DNA of 64,000 bases from positions 1,024,001 through 1,088,000 of the forward strand of contig NZ_JAQNDL010000001.1 in NCBI RefSeq assembly GCF_028368995.1, given 5' to 3'. The stretch is from Nannocystis bainbridge. Lineage in GTDB: Bacteria; Myxococcota_A; Polyangia; Nannocystales; Nannocystaceae. The position numbers and the translations under genes were made by a program. The notes under the pieces are model-generated. The model did not search any database and had not been told where the DNA came from. It worked only from the letters and a program-made list of their open reading frames with translations. Positions 58,329 to 64,000 of the stretch are shown piece after piece; position 1 is the first letter of the stretch; the number at the start of each line of letters is the position of its first letter.

Positions 58329-60018
58329 ACACGAGCCCGCTGTCCTCGGCGTACATCTCGTAGCCCGAGGGACCGAACACCTGGTACATGCCGAAGAGCG
58401 CCTTGAGCTCTTCCTGTTGCCCCGCCATGCCGAGCAGCGGCTCGAGCTGCGCCATCATGCGGGCCAAGTCGTAGGCGAACAGCGCCATCGGCGGATCCTT
58501 GACCTCCGGCGCCGCCAGCAGCTTGCTGACCGTGGCCTCCGAGCCCGGCCCGACCGCCAGCACGAAGCCGGTCCCGGCCTTGGCCCCGTAGGCGATGCCG
58601 TTGACGAACGGGATCGTGTTATCGGGCAGCGTCTTGACCGCGCCGTCGTCGCTGAACTCGTAGGCCGCGATCATCGGCAGCTCCGGGCGCACCGCCTCGT
58701 AGATCGCCCGCGGGTCGCTCGCCGCCAGCACCGCGTGAGCCGTGATCGACGACGGCAGGAAGCCCGACATCTTGATGTCGGTCAGCACCAGGCTGCCGCC
58801 GCGCAGCCCCGGCACCCACTTCGGGATCGACGACGTGTCCTGCCCGATCTTGGCCGCCATCTGGTTGAGCTCCGCCAGCTCCGGGCACTGATACGGCGCC
58901 TTCGTCACCTCGGCGCCCTTGCGCAGCGTCATCTCGATCGTCTTGCCGACGTCGATGCCGCCGCCCATGGCGAACATCGCCTCGCCGCGGACCTCCTTCG
59001 ACAGCCCCGGCACCGACGCGCGCAGCGCCTTGATCTCCTGCGCCAGGTCGGAGCGCAGCTCGACCGCGAACTTGGCCGTGAAGCCGCTCGCGTCCATCGC
59101 CTCGGTGCCGAACACCAGCATCGGCGCGACCCCGGCGAGCCCGCGGACCTCGTCCTTGCACACCTGGGTCAGCTGCGGCCACTTCTCGACCAGCTTCGGC
59201 GACAGGGCCGCCAGGATCTCTTTGTTGAGCGGGTCGCCCTCGCCGAGGAACCCCTCGACGATCACCCGCGCGTCGATGTAGCCGGCGTTGTGCTTGCCGA
59301 GCTGGTACGTCGTCAGCAGGTCGCGCAGCTTGGGCGAGTCGGCCAGCGACCGCTCCGGCGCCGTCTTGCCGAACAGCAGCTCGAACACCCGGTCGGCCAT
59401 CGCCGCCGGCGCGACGCCCATCACCAGCTCGCCGCTGACGATCGCCGCCGCGATCTTGAACTCGCCGGCGGTGCCGCACCAGTAGTCGGCGTCGCCGAGC
59501 TTGCACACCGGGATCGTCACGTTGCCGGCGGTCTGGACCCGACCCAGCAGGTCGCGGAATGCCTGCGGGTCCTTCAGCGACACGCGCATCGCCGGCAGCA
59601 CGCCGATGCCGTACAGCGCCGCCTTGCCGTCGACGTCGATGCCGGTGCGATCGATGCCGCCTTCCTTCACCACCGCGCGGAACTCGGCGAAGATCGCCTT
59701 GGCCAGCGGGGCCCACTCGTCGTCCGTCGGCATCTGCTCGATCATCGGCCCGACGCGCTCCATGAGCGGGCTGACGCTCGCGTAGACCTTCTCGATCATC
59801 TGCCGCGCCGAGCCGCCGAAGCTGATGAACGCGTACGGCGTGTCGGCCGGGATCTTGCGCAGCAGCTCCTGCACGCCGGCATCTGCCAGTGCCTGCGCGG
59901 CCGCCTGCTCGTTCGACTTGCTGCAGCCGGCCACGCCCGTGACCGCCAGCACCGTCGCCAACGCCGCCGCACGCCCGCACCCGAGAGGCCAACGCATCCA
60001 CTGCTTCGCTCGCATCAT
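58303..60018 (-). CDS. Large lipoprotein, hypothetical
   Basis: GVAGC lipobox; LLRKIPADTPYAF start of an alpha/beta domain; host-like codon use. Confidence 0.8.
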   Translation of the reverse strand: MMRAKQWMRWPLGCGRAAALATVLAVTGVAGCSKSNEQAAAQALADAGVQELLRKIPADTPYAFISFGGSARQMIEKVYASVSPLMERVGPMIEQMPTDDEWAPLAKAIFAEFRAVVKEGGIDRTGIDVDGKAALYGIGVLPAMRVSLKDPQAFRDLLGRVQTAGNVTIPVCKLGDADYWCGTAGEFKIAAAIVSGELVMGVAPAAMADRVFELLFGKTAPERSLADSPKLRDLLTTYQLGKHNAGYIDARVIVEGFLGEGDPLNKEILAALSPKLVEKWPQLTQVCKDEVRGLAGVAPMLVFGTEAMDASGFTAKFAVELRSDLAQEIKALRASVPGLSKEVRGEAMFAMGGGIDVGKTIEMTLRKGAEVTKAPYQCPELAELNQMAAKIGQDTSSIPKWVPGLRGGSLVLTDIKMSGFLPSSITAHAVLAASDPRAIYEAVRPELPMIAAYEFSDDGAVKTLPDNTIPFVNGIAYGAKAGTGFVLAVGPGSEATVSKLLAAPEVKDPPMALFAYDLARMMAQLEPLLGMAGQQEELKALFGMYQVFGPSGYEMYAEDSGLVFTAGMTLR

Positions 60019-60218
60019 CGAGCGGTCCTATCACCCTTCGCACGGGCCGGCAAGCGCGCCCCCGCGCCAGCGGGCCCTCGCACCGGCGCCGCGCCGCGTT
60101 TGGCTGCAGGTGCGGCGCGTGATCGTGCGAGCGTCGCCCTCGTGCCATTCGCCGGCGCGATCGCGAGGCGGGCCCGCCTCACGACAATGGCCGCGCGGCC
60201 GTCCTCGCCCGCGCGGCC

Positions 60219-63200
60219 TCACGCGACGTGCAGCCCGAGGCCGCGGCGGACCTCGAAGTACTCCTCGCTGACGCTGTAGACCACCAGCTCGCGCAGCGCC
60301 TCCTTGGGCGCCAGCAGCGAGCCGAACACCCGCTGCTCCTGCCCGATCGCGTGGGCCGCGGTGGCGAGGTCGTTGCAGAACACGAACCCCGCGCGGTAGC
60401 TCGCCAGCTCGGCCGCCCGGGCCCAGCGCTTGACGTCGACCTCGCCGCCCTTGACCAGCCGCTGCAGCGCCGCCGTCAACCGCTCGATCGCCGCCGCCGG
60501 CAGGTGCTTCGTCACCTCGCGCGCCAGCGCCTGCGCCCCGCCGGACAGCTCCGGCGCCCCGACCTTGCACACGTGCATGCTCGCCATCAGCACGTCCTTG
60601 AGGTTCTCGGGCGAGCGGTCGATGATCATGAACGCGTAGTGCGGCGGGTACAGGTCGAGCGCGTGGCGGCCGAGCATGAACGCCAGGTTGTTCTCCGACT
60701 TCTCGGCCAGCGCCCCGGCCAGGGCGATGATCGTCGGCCGCACGCTGCCGCCGCGCTCGACGTTCAGCACCGCCGCGTCGCCGGGCTCGTCTGGCCGAAA
60801 GTACAGGTCGGGCTGCGGCAGGCCGTAGACCGAAGTCACGTAGACGAAGCTCTTGCTGACCAGCGAGCCGTCGTCTTCGGGGTCGACGCGGTCGGACGGG
60901 CGCAGCGGGTACGGCAGCATCTTCGGCCGCCAGCCGGCCAGCACCGGCGCCAGCAGCCCGAGCACCGCGCCGACCCCGGCGTCCTCGTCGGCGTGGAACA
61001 CACAGCGACGCAGCAGCTCCTCGCCGAGCCGCTGCTTGATCCGGCGGAACTCCGGCTGCGGGTAGCGGTGGTAGAGCGTCGTCTCCTGCGCGGTCGCCTG
61101 CTTGAGGAACACCAGCGTGCGGGCGACGCAGAACGCCTTGTCGAGCTCGCGGCGGGCCACGTAGATGTCGAACAGCCGGTGATAGCTGACGTAGCGGTGC
61201 GGCTCCAGGCGCAGCAGCGTGAAGTGGGCGCGGATCAGCGGCTCGCCGAACTCGCGCGCGTTGTTGTTGCGGACCAGCGCCTCGTACAGCTCGACCAGGA
61301 TCTGCCAGCGGTCGACGTTGCCCGGGTCGAGCGCCGCCGCGACCTCGAACGCCTTGGCCGCGGCCCGGAAGTCGCCCAGGCGGGTGCGGTAGATCTCGGC
61401 CAGGTTGGTCCACAGCATCGTCCGCAGCGGCGTCTCGCCGTCGGGCGGCAGGCGGTTGATCATCTTGCGGTAGGCGCGATCGAGGCCCTTCCACTCCTTG
61501 CGCTGCGTCAGCAGCTTGTCGATCGCCTGGAACGCCTTGAGCTGGCCCGGATCGTCGTCGAGCACGCGGTCCAGCCGCGCCAGCGCGGCGTCGACCTGGG
61601 CCAGGTTGTCGCGCAGCAGCACCGCCGCCGTGTAGTGGAAGCGGGCCCGGCGGGCCGCGTCGGGCTCGACCTCGACGATCCGGTCGAGCACGCCGACGGC
61701 CTCCTGCCACATCTTGCGCTCGGTGAACGTGTCGAGCAGGAGGTGCAGCACCACCAGGTCGCGCGGCCGCAGCTCGAGCGCGCGCTGGAACGCGATCACG
61801 GCCTTCTGCGGGTCGCGCAGGCGGCCATTGAACAGCTTGCCGCTGGCGACGAACAGCTCGAACTTGACGCCGTCGTCGCCCGCGCTGTTGATCATCGCCC
61901 GGCGGGTGTTGAGCGCGCCCTGCCAGTCCTCCGCGGCCAGCTGGTGCTCGAGCGTCGCCTCGAGCGCCTGCCAGTTGTTGGCGTCGAGCTCGAGCGCCTT
62001 GCGCAGGTAACCCGGCGCCTTTTGCGTCTGACCGCGCCGCTTGCACACCTCGGCCAGGCGCACGTGGATCGCCGCCGACACCTTGTCGGTCTTCTCCTTG
62101 GCGGGCGCCGCCAGCAATTGATCGTAGTAGCCGAACGCCGCCTCCCACTCGCCTGCCTCGAAGGTCAGGTCGGCGCGGCCGAGCATCGCCGTCCAGTTGC
62201 CGGGCTCGAGGTCGAGCGCCTTCTTGAACAGCTTGAGCGCCCGGGTCGAGCGGCCGAGCAGGCGCTCGACCCGGGCCGCGCGCAGGCACAGCTCGACGTG
62301 GGCCTTGACGCTGATCGGCGCGCCCGGGGCCTTGCGCACCAGCATCTCGTAGATCGGCGCGGCGCCGACGTAGTTGCCGGCCTCGTAGTAGATCTTCGAA
62401 AGCACGGTGCCGACGCGCACGTTCTCGGGGTCGAGCTCGATCACGCGGGCGAAGATCTCGGTCGCCTTGGCGACGTCGCCGAGCTGGCGATAATGGAGGA
62501 ACGCGGCCTCGATGCCGAACTCGACCCGCTCGTAGTAGCTGGTCGCGTGGGTCAGCAGCGCCTCGCACACCGCCGCCAGCTCGCGCCAGTCCTTGCGACC
62601 GCGGTACATGTCGGCCAGCAGCGTCAGCGCCGGCACGTGCCCGGGCGTGTGCTCGAGCGCCCCGCGCAGGTACAGCTCGGCCCGCTCCGAGGCCACCAGC
62701 TTCTCGTGCAGCAGCTTGCCGACGTGCGTCAGTTCTTCGGTGCGCAGGCCCGGGTCGGCGCACAGCGACAGGAAGTGGTCGAGCGTCTGCACCGCCGCGT
62801 CCCACTGCTGCCCGCGCTCGTACAGCCGCGCCAGCGCCAGCACGGCGTCCTGCGACGTCGGGTCGAGCTGGATCATCGCCCGATAGGCCGCGATCGCCCC
62901 CGGGATTTCGCCGAGCGACTTGTCGAGCACGTAGCCCATCGCCCCGTACAGCCCGGTCTTCAGCGCGCGGTCGCCAGTCCGCTCCGCGTGCTCGCGGTAC
63001 GCCTGGACCAGCTCCTGCCACTGCTCGGCCGCGAGGTGCTGGGCCGCCAGGTTGTAATACGCGTAGTCGAGGCCCTGCGCGATCCACTGCTGCCAGGCCT
63101 GGCCCTCCTTGCCGCCCGCGCCGCCCGCCAATTGCGTCAGCGCCTTCTGCATCTTGTGCAGGATGTCGATCTGCGCCCGCGGCTCCGCCGTCTGCCCGAG

Positions 63201-64000
63201 CGCCGTCTGCAGCGCCTCGAGCGAATAGAACATCGCGCTGTCGGTGGTCGGCTGCTGCTTGCCGCGCGCCGCCGCCTTGGCCCTGGCGTCGCCCTCGCGC
63301 GCCCCGTCCTCGTCGATCTGCTGCAGCGCGGCCACCAGCGCGCCCATGTCCTGGAACCGGTCCTCGCGGCGCTTCGACATCGCCTTCAGCACCAGCGACT
63401 CCACCAGCGGCGGGATCTCGGCCTCGGGCGCCACGCTGCCGAGCGCCGCCGCGGCCGCGAACTTGTGCTGCATCGTCACCTGCGTCGGCCGGCCGAAGAA
63501 CGGCACGCGCCCGCTCAGCAGCGTGTACATCAACACCCCGAGCGAATAGATGTCGCTGCGCTGGTCGACCGCCTCGCCGAGCGCCTGCTCCGGCGCGATG
63601 AAGTGGACCGCGTCGCCGAGCACCACCGTGCCCGCCTCGCGGTCCTGCGTCACCGCCTCGACCGCGACCATCCCGAAGTCGGCCACCTTGACGTGGTCGT
63701 CCTCGCCGACGATCACGTTGCCGGGCTTGATCGCGCGGTGGATCACCCCGGCCGCGTGCGCCGCCTGCAGGCCCTCCGCGATCTGCAGCGCGATCGCCCG
63801 CACGCGCGGCCACGGCTGCCGCCCGCTGCGGCGCAGCAGCAGCCCGAGGTCCTCGCCCGCGAACGCCTCGGTCACCACGTAGACGTCGCCCTCGGGGGCG
63901 ATGTCGGCGTCGAGCACCTCGAGCACGTTGACGTGCAGCACCGCCGCCGCGTCCCGCGCCTCGTGCAGCAGCCGCTCGGCCTGCGCGCGGTCCTGCGAGA
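60219..64000 (-). CDS. Kinase-like (probable pseudokinase) domain fused to long TPR array with AgmK-like C-terminus; 5' end outside the window
   Basis: Frame open past 64000; HRAIKPGN, DFG, FIAPEQ; many TPR motifs (ALELDANN, ALDLEPGN); C-terminal LVVYSVSEEYFEVRRGLGL. Confidence 0.9.
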   Translation of the reverse strand, partial: SQDRAQAERLLHEARDAAAVLHVNVLEVLDADIAPEGDVYVVTEAFAGEDLGLLLRRSGRQPWPRVRAIALQIAEGLQAAHAAGVIHRAIKPGNVIVGEDDHVKVADFGMVAVEAVTQDREAGTVVLGDAVHFIAPEQALGEAVDQRSDIYSLGVLMYTLLSGRVPFFGRPTQVTMQHKFAAAAALGSVAPEAEIPPLVESLVLKAMSKRREDRFQDMGALVAALQQIDEDGAREGDARAKAAARGKQQPTTDSAMFYSLEALQTALGQTAEPRAQIDILHKMQKALTQLAGGAGGKEGQAWQQWIAQGLDYAYYNLAAQHLAAEQWQELVQAYREHAERTGDRALKTGLYGAMGYVLDKSLGEIPGAIAAYRAMIQLDPTSQDAVLALARLYERGQQWDAAVQTLDHFLSLCADPGLRTEELTHVGKLLHEKLVASERAELYLRGALEHTPGHVPALTLLADMYRGRKDWRELAAVCEALLTHATSYYERVEFGIEAAFLHYRQLGDVAKATEIFARVIELDPENVRVGTVLSKIYYEAGNYVGAAPIYEMLVRKAPGAPISVKAHVELCLRAARVERLLGRSTRALKLFKKALDLEPGNWTAMLGRADLTFEAGEWEAAFGYYDQLLAAPAKEKTDKVSAAIHVRLAEVCKRRGQTQKAPGYLRKALELDANNWQALEATLEHQLAAEDWQGALNTRRAMINSAGDDGVKFELFVASGKLFNGRLRDPQKAVIAFQRALELRPRDLVVLHLLLDTFTERKMWQEAVGVLDRIVEVEPDAARRARFHYTAAVLLRDNLAQVDAALARLDRVLDDDPGQLKAFQAIDKLLTQRKEWKGLDRAYRKMINRLPPDGETPLRTMLWTNLAEIYRTRLGDFRAAAKAFEVAAALDPGNVDRWQILVELYEALVRNNNAREFGEPLIRAHFTLLRLEPHRYVSYHRLFDIYVARRELDKAFCVARTLVFLKQATAQETTLYHRYPQPEFRRIKQRLGEELLRRCVFHADEDAGVGAVLGLLAPVLAGWRPKMLPYPLRPSDRVDPEDDGSLVSKSFVYVTSVYGLPQPDLYFRPDEPGDAAVLNVERGGSVRPTIIALAGALAEKSENNLAFMLGRHALDLYPPHYAFMIIDRSPENLKDVLMASMHVCKVGAPELSGGAQALAREVTKHLPAAAIERLTAALQRLVKGGEVDVKRWARAAELASYRAGFVFCNDLATAAHAIGQEQRVFGSLLAPKEALRELVVYSVSEEYFEVRRGLGLHVA

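Overview
Very GC-rich (roughly 70-75% by eye) myxobacterial DNA, most like Nannocystis. The basis is many lipoproteins with Thr/Ser/Asp-rich tethers and Cys-rich domains, MYXO-CTERM and CFI-box-CTERM proteins, four Ser/Thr kinase-domain genes and three ECF-type sigma factors. About 50 CDSs can be supported. I saw no rRNA, tRNA, CRISPR array, integrase or transposase. Two signals stand out. (1) A 14-bp palindrome, TGTCC-N4-GGACA, occurs at 30 or more loci, both as single copies inside CDSs against the codon bias and as head-to-tail arrays with a 14-bp period (up to ~18 units) that often start at stop codons. It is a candidate chromosome-wide protein-binding or architectural element. (2) A probable selenoprotein is split in two by the ORF track: a thioredoxin-fold lipoprotein with an in-frame UGA in a U-G-Y-C motif and a SECIS-like hairpin. 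Also noted: a duplicated ECF promoter ahead of a CxC-bearing sigma factor and its thioredoxin, a translationally coupled FG-GAP/sigma/zinc-finger-kinase operon, many apparently leaderless genes, a degenerate M23 peptidase, a pseudokinase-TPR gene and a frameshifted lipoprotein. All calls come from reading the sequence and motifs by eye; no database search was run.
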